Part shown: piece by piece, positions 56,230 through 64,000 of the stretch
How positions within the stretch are numbered: the stretch's first letter is position 1
How the letters are laid out: every line of letters begins with the position of its first letter
DNA from: Myxococcales bacterium
Lineage (GTDB): Bacteria > Myxococcota_A > UBA9042 > JABWCM01 > BTVJ01
DNA length: 64,000 nucleotides
Direction of reading: 5' to 3'
Assembly (NCBI GenBank): GCA_045863395.1
Contig: BTVJ01000037.1
Coordinates: forward strand, 8,010 to 72,009
Position numbers and translations under genes: made by a program
Notes under the pieces: model-generated
Seen by the model: the letters and a program-made list of their open reading frames with translations, nothing else
What the model was told of the DNA's origin: nothing
Database searches by the model: none

Positions 56230-59200
56230 ATGAATTTCGCTCCGATGGGGTCGCGAATGCCTGCAAAGCTGCCTGCAGAGCTGCTCAGCGATTCATCCAC
56301 GGAGCCGGATGCGAACCGGCTGCTGGCGCCCAATGTGCTGGTGGAGGGTCGCCACCAGGTGCTGAGCCTCCTGGGCAAGGGGGGCATGGGCGCAGTCTAC
56401 AAGGTCTACGACAGGGACCTCGACCGCATCTGCGCGCTCAAGTGGGTGCCCGCCTGCGCGTCTGGCCCGGAGGTGGCCGACCACATCCGCAGCGAGTTCC
56501 GGTTCATCGCGACAATCCGCCACCCCAATGTGGTCCGCGTCTTCGACTACGGCGTGACTGGAGAGGGGGACGCCTGGTTCACCATGGAGCTGATTGATGG
56601 CGTGCACCTGGGCTCCGTCTGGGATCCGGCTCGCCCGAACCGCCTGGTGCGAATCGCGGCGGACCTGGCGTGCGCCCTTGCCCACATCCATGATCGGGGC
56701 ATCGTCCACCGCGACATCAAGCCCCAGAACATCCTCGCCGTGCGCGACGAGTCCGAAGACGGCTTCGTAGCCAAGCTCCTGGACTTCGGCCTCGCGACGG
56801 CCGCAGAGGTTCAGCTCTCCCGCCCATCGGGGACCCTCGGCTATATGGCGCCCGAGGTCTTGCGGGGGCATGCGGGGGATGCGCGCTCCGATCTGTTCGG
56901 TCTCGGGGCGGTGCTGTACGAGGCGATCAGCGGCTCGCCCCCCTTCGCCACGGGACCGGGGGCGGTGGACGTGGTGCGCTCCGTGCTCGAGCGGGAGCTC
57001 GCCCCGCTCCACGTACGAGGGCCGGGTGTCAGCCCGCGCCTGTCAGAGATCGTCTCGCGGCTGCTCCAGAAGGAGCCCAGCCTCCGCTATCATGACGCGG
57101 CCGAGGTGGCTGCGGAGCTGGAGGCCCTCGCCACCGGCCGCGACGAGCTGATCGGGGACGCGGCTCCCGGGATGATCGGTGGGGCGGCGCTGGTCGGTCG
57201 GGAGCGTATCCTCTCGGAGCTGGCCACGCGGTGGCACCGTGCCTTGCACGGGCAAGGGCAGACGGTCATCGTCCTCGGTGAGGAGGGTGTCGGCAAGTCG
57301 CGCCTCCTCGAGGAGCTCGCCGTCCACGTGCAGCTCGACGGTGGGCGGGTGATCACGGTCGCCTGCGAGGCCCATGGCGCACACCATCAGGCCCAGCCGG
57401 TCCAGCAGCTCCTCCGCCGCGCTGGAGTACCCTCAGCGGTCTTGCAGTTGGGCGACGTGGGAACGTCGGCCATCGAGTCGGTCGGCCGGCAGGCCAGCGC
57501 AGTGGCGGCAGCGCTTCGGTCGAGCATCACGACCCCCCTCCTGCTCGCCATCGAGGACGTGCACGCCGCGCCCTCCGAGGCACAGGAGCTGTTCCGCCTC
57601 CTGGCGCTGGAGCTGCGCGCGGACCACGTGTTGACCTGCATGACCCTGCGCGGTGAGGCAGCGACGGAGACTTCCGGAGACACCGCGGCCGCCTCTGGGG
57701 TGGCGTCGGGCCGCCTTGCGTCACTCGACGGCGAGCCCGGGGTGCTCGTCCACGCCCTCGAGCGCCTCGGTCAGGCGGACACGGGCCTGCTCGTCCGGCG
57801 GCTCGTGGGCGGGATTCCCGGCGAGGAGGCGCTTCGGGCACGGGTCTGGAAGGAGACCGACGGCAACCCACTGCTCGTCGAGGAGGCGCTCCGCGCCCTG
57901 GTGGATGAGGGCGTGCTGCGGCGCCGTGGGGGGCGCTTCGTCCTGACGTTGTCCGGCTCCCAGATGGAGTCGGTGCCGCTCCTCCCACGGGGCAGCGTGC
58001 GCGAGGCGCTGGTGCGGCGCCTGCGCCTCCTGGACCCTTCCGTGCTCCAGGTGCTGGAGGCGGCCGCCGTGGATGGCGGCGCGATGACTGCGGACTCCCT
58101 CGTCGTCGCGGCCCGGTTGCCCCACGCGGCCGTCGTCGCGGCGCTCCGGCTGGCCGAGCGCCGCGGTCTCGTGAGGCGCACCGACGAGGAGGGGCTGGCG
58201 GGCCTGTTCACCTTTGCGCAGGCGGCCGTGCGCGAAGTGGTCTACCAGAACATGGACCCCGGCCGCCGCGTGCGCCTCCACCGCGCGGCAGGGCAGCGGC
58301 TGGCGCGATCCGCCGGCGCGGCGGCTGCCGAGGCCGTTGCGCGCCACTTCCTGGCCGGCGACATGGGCCGCCGGGCCATTCGCTGGTCAGTCCGCGCCGC
58401 CGACTCACTTCAGGCCCAGCTCCTGTCGAGCCGCGCGTCCGCCCTCCTCGAGGCGGCGCTGCCGCTGGTCGGGACCCGCACGGCGGGGCAGTCGCTGCGC
58501 CTGGGGCTCCTGGAGCGCATCGCCGACATGGAGATGCACCTGGGGCGCCTGGAGGGCGCCGCGGCCACCTACGAGGAGGCCCTGACGGTCCCCTTGCGCC
58601 ATCCGGCAACGCGGCGGGGAGCCGCCCTCCCACTGACCATTGCGCGCCTCCGCAGGAAGCGCGGCGACGTGCTGGCTCGCCTGGGGCGCCTCGACGACGC
58701 CCGGCTGGTGCTCGCCGAGGCGGCGGAGCTGCCCAGCGGTCCCGAGTCGCACGTGGAGCGCCTCGAGATCCGCTACGCGACCGCGTGGTGCCGCATGATG
58801 CAGGCCGAGTATGCGGAGGCCATCGAGGAGGCCATCGCCGCCCGGGAGCAGGCGCGAGTCCTTGGGCCGGTGGCCCTGCTCGGACGCTTCCATCTGCTGC
58901 TCGCCAACCTCTACTGGAACTGCGGCGAGTGGGTCTCCTCGACGGCATCGGGGCGGGACGCGCTCCGCGTGTTTCGCAGCGTGAACCACCAGCGCGGAAT
59001 CGCCGACGCATACCTCGCCCTCGGGTCGGCCCACCGCTACAAGTCCGAGTATGCGAAGGCGGCGACCAACTACTCCATGGCGCTGGCCATCTACGAGCAG
59101 CTCGGGGTCTTCGCGTACGTGGGCAAGTGCCGCAACAACCTGGGAGTCGTCAACTACCTCCGTGGCCGGTGGGCGGACGCTGCGAAGCACTGGGAGGCCT

Positions 59201-61194
59201 TCGTACACGTCTGTGAGCGTACAGGGGAGCGAAACGAGCGCATCCTGCTCCTCAACAACCTGGGCGTGCTCTATTCGGACCGGGCGGAGCTGGAGCGCGC
59301 CGAGGCAACCCTTCGCCAGGGCCTGGCCCTCGCCAAGCGGGTCGGGATCGCGCGCAGCGAGGCGATGATAGAGGCCAACCTGGGCGAGGTGCACGTCCGC
59401 AAGGGCCACTACTCGGAGGCGGACGAGTGCTACCTTCGGTGCGAGGCCATCGCGACGGAGATCGAAGCCCGCGACGAGCTGGTGGAGCTGGCGAGGCGTC
59501 GCTGTGAGCTGGATCTGGAGCGCAACGACATGGTGCGGGTCCGGCTGCGCATCGACGAGGCGCTCCAGGCAGCCGGAGCGCTCGGTGCCCGCATCGAGGA
59601 GGCGGCCCTCTATCGCTTGCGCGCCGTCGTGCGCCGCCGCCTCGGAGCGCAGGTCGAGGCAGAGGCCGATCTCAACCGCGCGGCGGAGATCGCTGCCACA
59701 GTGGGAGCGACCCTGGAGCAGCAGCGCGTCAAGGTCGAGCGCGCCATGCAGCTCTCACAGCGGGGCCGCGCCGAGGAGGCGCGAGCGACGCTGGGGGAGG
59801 CCATCGGCGGCCTGCGCGAGCTGGGCGCCCTGTGGGAGGTCCGCCGGGCCGAGGCGGCCCTCGCAGCTCTGGAGAAGGTCAGCGCGGACCCGACCTCCGC
59901 AGACCTGGCCCGACTGCTGGACATCAACCGCAAGCTCGGCACCATCCTGGACCTGGACGACCTGCTGCGCAGCATCATCGACGTGGTTCTGGAGATCACC
60001 GGCTTCGAGCGTGCCTTCATCATCGTGCACGACCTCGACGGGACACCAGTCGTCAAGCAGGTGCGAGACGCGGGCACCGTCGACGAGAGCGACGTGCGCA
60101 TCAGCCGCTCGGTGGCCGAGCGCGTCTACCGGAGCGGCCGGCCCGTGTGCGTGTCGGATGTGGACGGGGACGCCTCGTTCCCGCCAACGGAGAGCGTCGT
60201 CGCCCTCGACCTGCGCTCCATCCTGTGCGTTCCCATGATCTCCAAGGGCACGACCATCGGCGTCATCTATACCGATAGCCGCCGCATCGCGACGCAGCCG
60301 CTCGCGCGCGCCCAGCCCATGCTGGAGGCTCTGGGCTTCCAGGCCGCCGTCGCCATCGAGAACGCGCGCCTCTATGAGATGGAGCGCCTGCGCTCGGACA
60401 CGATCGCAACGGTCGCCCACGAGCTCAAGAGCCCGCTCACGGCGATCCTCGGTTACCTGAGCATCGTGCAGCGCCACGAGGCGAGCCTGGATCTGGACCT
60501 GCAGGAGTATCTGCGCATCGTCGTGGACCAGAGCCAGCGCTTGTCTCGCATGGTCCGTAACATCTTGGATCTACGGGCGATCGAGAGCGGTGCGGCCGCG
60601 TGGTCCATGGCCGCCCTCTCGGTGGCCGAGCTGGTGCGAAGCTCGCTGGAGGCGGTCATCCCCATCGCCGACATCCAGGGCATCTCCGTGGTGTGCGATT
60701 CTCTCCCTCGCGGATACGAGGTCTTCTGCAGCCGGGACCGAGTGCAGCAGGTCATCACCAACCTGGTCTCCAACGCCGTGAAGTTCACTCCGCGCGGTGG
60801 GCAGATCACGCTGACCGCCGAGGTGGTCCGCATCGAGCGCAGCGATGCGTTCTCTCCGGACCCGAGCCGAGAGCTGGGTCCCGCGGTCCCTCCGCCACAC
60901 CTGGCTGAGCTGGGCCACTCCGTTCCGTTCCTGTCCAAGGATGTGTGCCTGCGGATCGGCGTGCGGGACAATGGCGCCGGGATCGCCCCGGCGGACGCCA
61001 GGCGCATCTTCGACAAGTACACCCAGGGGTCGAGCGAGCGCCGCGGCGAGCGTGGCATCGGCCTCGGACTGTCCATCGCTCGTGAGATCGTGCTTCGCCA
61101 TGGGGGACGCATCTGGGTGGAGAGCACGCCAGGCAAGGGGTCGATCTTCCATTTCACCCTACCTGTCATCGAGCGCACCGGCCTGATTCGCTGA
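56230..61194 (+). CDS. Hybrid Ser/Thr kinase - AAA/NTPase - TPR - GAF - histidine kinase
   Basis: GKGGMG, ALK, HRDIKPQN, DFG, YMAPE; GEEGVGKS and IEDVH; NNLG TPRs; GAF (LRSILCVPM...AIENARLY); AHELKSPL, NLVSNAVKFT, DNGAGI, GLGLSI. Confidence 0.93.
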   Translation: MNFAPMGSRMPAKLPAELLSDSSTEPDANRLLAPNVLVEGRHQVLSLLGKGGMGAVYKVYDRDLDRICALKWVPACASGPEVADHIRSEFRFIATIRHPNVVRVFDYGVTGEGDAWFTMELIDGVHLGSVWDPARPNRLVRIAADLACALAHIHDRGIVHRDIKPQNILAVRDESEDGFVAKLLDFGLATAAEVQLSRPSGTLGYMAPEVLRGHAGDARSDLFGLGAVLYEAISGSPPFATGPGAVDVVRSVLERELAPLHVRGPGVSPRLSEIVSRLLQKEPSLRYHDAAEVAAELEALATGRDELIGDAAPGMIGGAALVGRERILSELATRWHRALHGQGQTVIVLGEEGVGKSRLLEELAVHVQLDGGRVITVACEAHGAHHQAQPVQQLLRRAGVPSAVLQLGDVGTSAIESVGRQASAVAAALRSSITTPLLLAIEDVHAAPSEAQELFRLLALELRADHVLTCMTLRGEAATETSGDTAAASGVASGRLASLDGEPGVLVHALERLGQADTGLLVRRLVGGIPGEEALRARVWKETDGNPLLVEEALRALVDEGVLRRRGGRFVLTLSGSQMESVPLLPRGSVREALVRRLRLLDPSVLQVLEAAAVDGGAMTADSLVVAARLPHAAVVAALRLAERRGLVRRTDEEGLAGLFTFAQAAVREVVYQNMDPGRRVRLHRAAGQRLARSAGAAAAEAVARHFLAGDMGRRAIRWSVRAADSLQAQLLSSRASALLEAALPLVGTRTAGQSLRLGLLERIADMEMHLGRLEGAAATYEEALTVPLRHPATRRGAALPLTIARLRRKRGDVLARLGRLDDARLVLAEAAELPSGPESHVERLEIRYATAWCRMMQAEYAEAIEEAIAAREQARVLGPVALLGRFHLLLANLYWNCGEWVSSTASGRDALRVFRSVNHQRGIADAYLALGSAHRYKSEYAKAATNYSMALAIYEQLGVFAYVGKCRNNLGVVNYLRGRWADAAKHWEAFVHVCERTGERNERILLLNNLGVLYSDRAELERAEATLRQGLALAKRVGIARSEAMIEANLGEVHVRKGHYSEADECYLRCEAIATEIEARDELVELARRRCELDLERNDMVRVRLRIDEALQAAGALGARIEEAALYRLRAVVRRRLGAQVEAEADLNRAAEIAATVGATLEQQRVKVERAMQLSQRGRAEEARATLGEAIGGLRELGALWEVRRAEAALAALEKVSADPTSADLARLLDINRKLGTILDLDDLLRSIIDVVLEITGFERAFIIVHDLDGTPVVKQVRDAGTVDESDVRISRSVAERVYRSGRPVCVSDVDGDASFPPTESVVALDLRSILCVPMISKGTTIGVIYTDSRRIATQPLARAQPMLEALGFQAAVAIENARLYEMERLRSDTIATVAHELKSPLTAILGYLSIVQRHEASLDLDLQEYLRIVVDQSQRLSRMVRNILDLRAIESGAAAWSMAALSVAELVRSSLEAVIPIADIQGISVVCDSLPRGYEVFCSRDRVQQVITNLVSNAVKFTPRGGQITLTAEVVRIERSDAFSPDPSRELGPAVPPPHLAELGHSVPFLSKDVCLRIGVRDNGAGIAPADARRIFDKYTQGSSERRGERGIGLGLSIAREIVLRHGGRIWVESTPGKGSIFHFTLPVIERTGLIR

Positions 61195-61226
61195 GATTGC
61201 CAACGCGAGCCTGATCACCGATCATC

Positions 61227-62258
61227 GTGCCCCACGGTGCCCCGTCGAGGTTCCCGATGCCGCCGAGCAGCCCCTTCGCAGTCGTCCTCAACGCCAACGC
61301 GCGCAAGGTCAACGAGCAGGTAGTGGAGACCCTCGCGGAGCTGGTGTCCCCCGATGACATCTTCTACTCGGCCTCCGCGGAAGACTCCCGCATCATCACC
61401 GGCAAGATCCTCGAGCGGGGCTACCCCACGGTCTTCACCGGCGGCGGCGACGGGACGGTGGTGGAGTTCATCAACCAGATGCTGCGCGCGACCCCCGACA
61501 TGGACGAGCGGCCAAGTGTCGGCATCCTGCGCCTCGGCACTGGCAACGCCCTGGCGGAGATGGTCTCGTCGGGAAGCTATCTGGTCGACATCCGCAGCTT
61601 CGTCGAGAACTCACACCGCGACTACCACCCGCTGCACCTGGTGCAGGCGGAGGGCTCCTACTTCCCGTTCGGCGGCCTCGGTGCCGACGCGGAGCTGCTG
61701 AACGACTATCGCGCCATGAAGGCGGCAACGGACGGGACCTTCGTCGCGCCTGCGCTCTCGAGCGTGGGCGGGTACTTCGTCGCGCTGTTCGCGCGCACCG
61801 TGCCTCGCCGCATCGGCGCGACGTTCACCGGCAAGCAGATGGAGGTCACCGTTCGCACCCGCGGCCGGCGGGCGGTGCTGCTCGGAGAGGGCGGTGCCGA
61901 GGAGCGCCGCTTCGGGGCCGGCGACCTGCTCTACGAGGGCCCGGCCACCATGGTCATGGTCGGCACCTGCCCCTTCTACGGCTATGGCCTCAAGGCGCTC
62001 CCCTACGCGGACCGCTCTCCTGACGCCATGCACCTGCGGGTGGTGCAGCTCGGCTTCCCGGGCATCCTGGGGAACCTGCCGTCACTGTGGAAGGGCACCT
62101 ACGAGAGCGCGCGAATCCTGGACTTCCTGGTGGACCACGTAGAGCTCGAGACGGCCAAGCCGGAGCCCTACCAACGCGCCGGTGATGCGGCCGGCTATCG
62201 CCAGAACCTGGAGCTGGCGCTCAGCCAGGCGACCATCAACTTGATTCGCTTCATCTGA
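61227..62258 (+). CDS. Diacylglycerol/lipid kinase family protein (YegS/BmrU-like)
   Basis: VLNANA, GGGDGT, LGTGNA, PFYGYG. Start is GTG 61227 or ATG 61257. Confidence 0.88.
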   Translation: MPHGAPSRFPMPPSSPFAVVLNANARKVNEQVVETLAELVSPDDIFYSASAEDSRIITGKILERGYPTVFTGGGDGTVVEFINQMLRATPDMDERPSVGILRLGTGNALAEMVSSGSYLVDIRSFVENSHRDYHPLHLVQAEGSYFPFGGLGADAELLNDYRAMKAATDGTFVAPALSSVGGYFVALFARTVPRRIGATFTGKQMEVTVRTRGRRAVLLGEGGAEERRFGAGDLLYEGPATMVMVGTCPFYGYGLKALPYADRSPDAMHLRVVQLGFPGILGNLPSLWKGTYESARILDFLVDHVELETAKPEPYQRAGDAAGYRQNLELALSQATINLIRFI

Positions 62259-62294
62259 CGGGAGCCGTCGCGTGGAGGGGCTCCCCGCTCGGCA

Positions 62295-63362
62295 TCAGTA
62301 GCGGTCCAGCATGCGCAGCCTCATGCCGGGGCGCAGCTCGTGGATCGAGCCGGAGACGATGCAGAGGGAGTGGTTCTCGTAGGGCTCGACGACCGTGACC
62401 TCGCCGATGCGCTCCCAGGGCAGCTCCTCGACGTCCTCGTCCTCGTCGTAGTCCAGGTCCGGGTGCCCCTCGATGTAGGGATCCCCTCGCTCCAGGATGA
62501 CGAAGCGGTTGCCGGTCCGCACCTTGTGCTGGGTGCCCTTGTCCACGAACACGTACTGGAGCTCCCCGGTCAGCGAGTGATCCTCGAAGGTGGCCAGGAT
62601 GATCGCGTCCTGCTCGATGGTGTTCTGTACAGGCTGCACGGTGCGGGTGTGCTGGAAGATCTCCGTCAGCAGATCGCCCCGCTTGATCTCCTCGAAAGAC
62701 CTCACGATGACGCCCTTGACCAGGGGCTTGCTGGTGTCGAGGATCCTCACGATGCCCAGGAAGCGGACCAGATAGCCGACCTCGTCGCCCGTCTCCGGGT
62801 GCTCGATGTCCCTGTCGATCCGGTAGATCGTCAGCTCCTCCTGCGGCCTCACCGTGCGAGCGGTGGACAGCTTGAGGTAGACCTCGTCGTACTGGCCCAG
62901 CATCTCCCGCTCCTCCCGGGAGTACTTGATGAAGCCGGACTCCTGGTAGTCCTCCTGGCCGATGAAGCCCATGTTTCGGACGGGGAGGAGCAGGTTCTTG
63001 GGCACCTCGTTGTACCGCGAGTCCAGCAGGGTCACGGTGGTCGTCGCGGCGGCGGCGTCTTGCGGCTGGATGAACAGCACATCCCCGGGGTAGATCCAGT
63101 GGGGGTTGGTGATCTGCGGGTTCAGCGCCCACAGCATGGGCCACATCCACTCGTCGAAGTAGAAGGCGCCGCTCAGGTCCCAGAGGGTGTCGCCGGGCTG
63201 CACGATGTACATGCGCTCGGTGTTGAGCGCCGTAAACGCGCCCATGCTGATGGTCGGCTCGTCTGCTCCGGAGCCATAGACGCGCTCCTGGGCGCGCGCT
63301 GGGCCCGTCAGAAGGCTGGCGGAGATCGCCAGGGCGCACGGCAACATCCTCGCGTACTTCAC
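62295..63362 (-). CDS. LysM peptidoglycan-binding exported protein
   Basis: Signal peptide; YIVQPGDTLWDLS...WPMLWALNPQITNPHWIYPGD; VFVDKG; AGGAG RBS before GTG 63362. Confidence 0.9.
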   Translation of the reverse strand: MKYARMLPCALAISASLLTGPARAQERVYGSGADEPTISMGAFTALNTERMYIVQPGDTLWDLSGAFYFDEWMWPMLWALNPQITNPHWIYPGDVLFIQPQDAAAATTTVTLLDSRYNEVPKNLLLPVRNMGFIGQEDYQESGFIKYSREEREMLGQYDEVYLKLSTARTVRPQEELTIYRIDRDIEHPETGDEVGYLVRFLGIVRILDTSKPLVKGVIVRSFEEIKRGDLLTEIFQHTRTVQPVQNTIEQDAIILATFEDHSLTGELQYVFVDKGTQHKVRTGNRFVILERGDPYIEGHPDLDYDEDEDVEELPWERIGEVTVVEPYENHSLCIVSGSIHELRPGMRLRMLDRY

Positions 63363-64000
63363 TGGATTGCTCCTGCCAGGGTCTGAAGTCTCTGCCGGGC
63401 CACGTGGGCGGCGTCGCTCGATGGGTAGATGGCGCCAATCTGCTCCAGGATCTCCCGCGCGAGCCGTGGCTCGCCCAGGTTCTGGAAGCACAGCCCGATC
63501 TTCAGCATCGCGTCCGGGACCTTGTTGCCGAGGGGGTACTCGACCATGACGCGCTGAAAGAGCTGGAGGGCTCCGTCGAAGTGCCTGCGGTCGTAGTCCG
63601 CCTCACCTTGCCAATACAGGGCGTTGTCCGCCAGCTCGTGCTCCGGGTGGCGCTCGATGAGGGCGCGAAAGCCGGCCACCGCGGTGTCGTGCTGTCCGCC
63701 GCGGAGGGCGTCCAGGGATGCCTGATAGAGCATGACGGGATCGCCGTCGGGAGAGGCGGGCGGCGCGACCTCGGGGGCCCGCTGGGTGAGCTGCGGCGCC
63801 TCCGGCTCGCGCGGCGCGGGCGCCGGCACCTGGCGCGGTTGCATGGCTGCCACGGTCGGAGTGTCCCGTGGCGCGGTGACGATGGGGAGGGGCTCCTCCC
63901 GTGGCGCGGTGACGATGGGGAGGGGCTCCTCCCGTGGCGCGGTGGCGATGGGGAGGGGCTCCTCCCGTGGCGCGGAGACGATGGGGAGGGGCTCCTCCCG
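63359..64000 (-). CDS. cpoB: Tol-Pal-associated TPR protein YbgF/CpoB (5' end outside window)
   Basis: LADNALYWQGE, YPLGNKVPDAMLKIG, YPSSDAA; frame is open to the window end; stop overlaps the LysM gene start. Confidence 0.85.
   Translation of the reverse strand, partial: REEPLPIVSAPREEPLPIATAPREEPLPIVTAPREEPLPIVTAPRDTPTVAAMQPRQVPAPAPREPEAPQLTQRAPEVAPPASPDGDPVMLYQASLDALRGGQHDTAVAGFRALIERHPEHELADNALYWQGEADYDRRHFDGALQLFQRVMVEYPLGNKVPDAMLKIGLCFQNLGEPRLAREILEQIGAIYPSSDAAHVARQRLQTLAGAIQ
63864..64000. repeat. 33-bp direct tandem repeat, at least 4 copies, coding EEPLPIVTAPR in cpoB
   Basis: TCCCGTGGCGCGGTGACGATGGGGAGGGGCTCC at 63864, 63897, 63930 and 63963 (single substitutions in copies 3 and 4), continuing off the window. 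Confidence 0.95.

Noticed and set aside
62260..62285. Hairpin GGGAGCC-N12-GGCTCCC between convergent genes as an intrinsic terminator
   Set aside because: The stem is short, the loop is large and there is no U-tract; such a hairpin is expected by chance at this GC content.
63864..64000. CRISPR array
   Set aside because: The 33-bp units are directly adjacent with no spacers, lie in frame within a CDS, and no cas genes are present.

Overview
This is a very GC-rich, gene-dense bacterial window. MYXO-CTERM tails, Cys-rich repeats, many lipoproteins and a Ser/Thr-His hybrid kinase point to a Myxococcota-like organism (inference). I saw no rRNA, tRNA, CRISPR array or transposase. From left to right the main blocks are: (1) the 3' part of a LodA/GoxA CTQ oxidase with its LodB-type flavoprotein; (2) mixed accessory genes: hydrolase, chrA, a DUF6265-amidohydrolase fusion, Uma2, a MYXO-CTERM protein, a beta-propeller lipoprotein and a frameshifted Cys-repeat remnant; (3) a periplasmic nitrate reductase operon (napD-napA-tetraheme napB-napG-like-hypothetical-porin) with no napC or napH, divergent from tetraheme cytochrome c/NrfC-like/NrfD-like/Rrf2 genes; (4) a DUF4956 / HlyD-DUF3616 fusion / TolC operon with no canonical inner-membrane pump; (5) S9 peptidase, MFS, GH105-like and lyase-like lipoproteins; (6) a four-gene cassette with no contractile-injection structural genes in the window: a ~1700-aa DUF4157 protein with JAB-like and PD-(D/E)XK-like C-terminal modules, a candidate immunity gene, a pseudokinase and a tandem AAA ATPase; (7) a catalytically degenerate GH31, a sulfatase-like membrane protein and a BPI-like MYXO-CTERM/lipoprotein pair; (8) FHA-GGDEF, a GT39-like protein, the hybrid kinase, a DAG-kinase family protein, a LysM protein and a partial cpoB/ybgF with a 33-bp tandem repeat. 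The best candidates for an undescribed system are blocks 6 and 4, then the electron-input arrangement in block 3. All family calls come from reading motifs by eye, not from database searches, and I adjusted several start codons relative to the ORF track.
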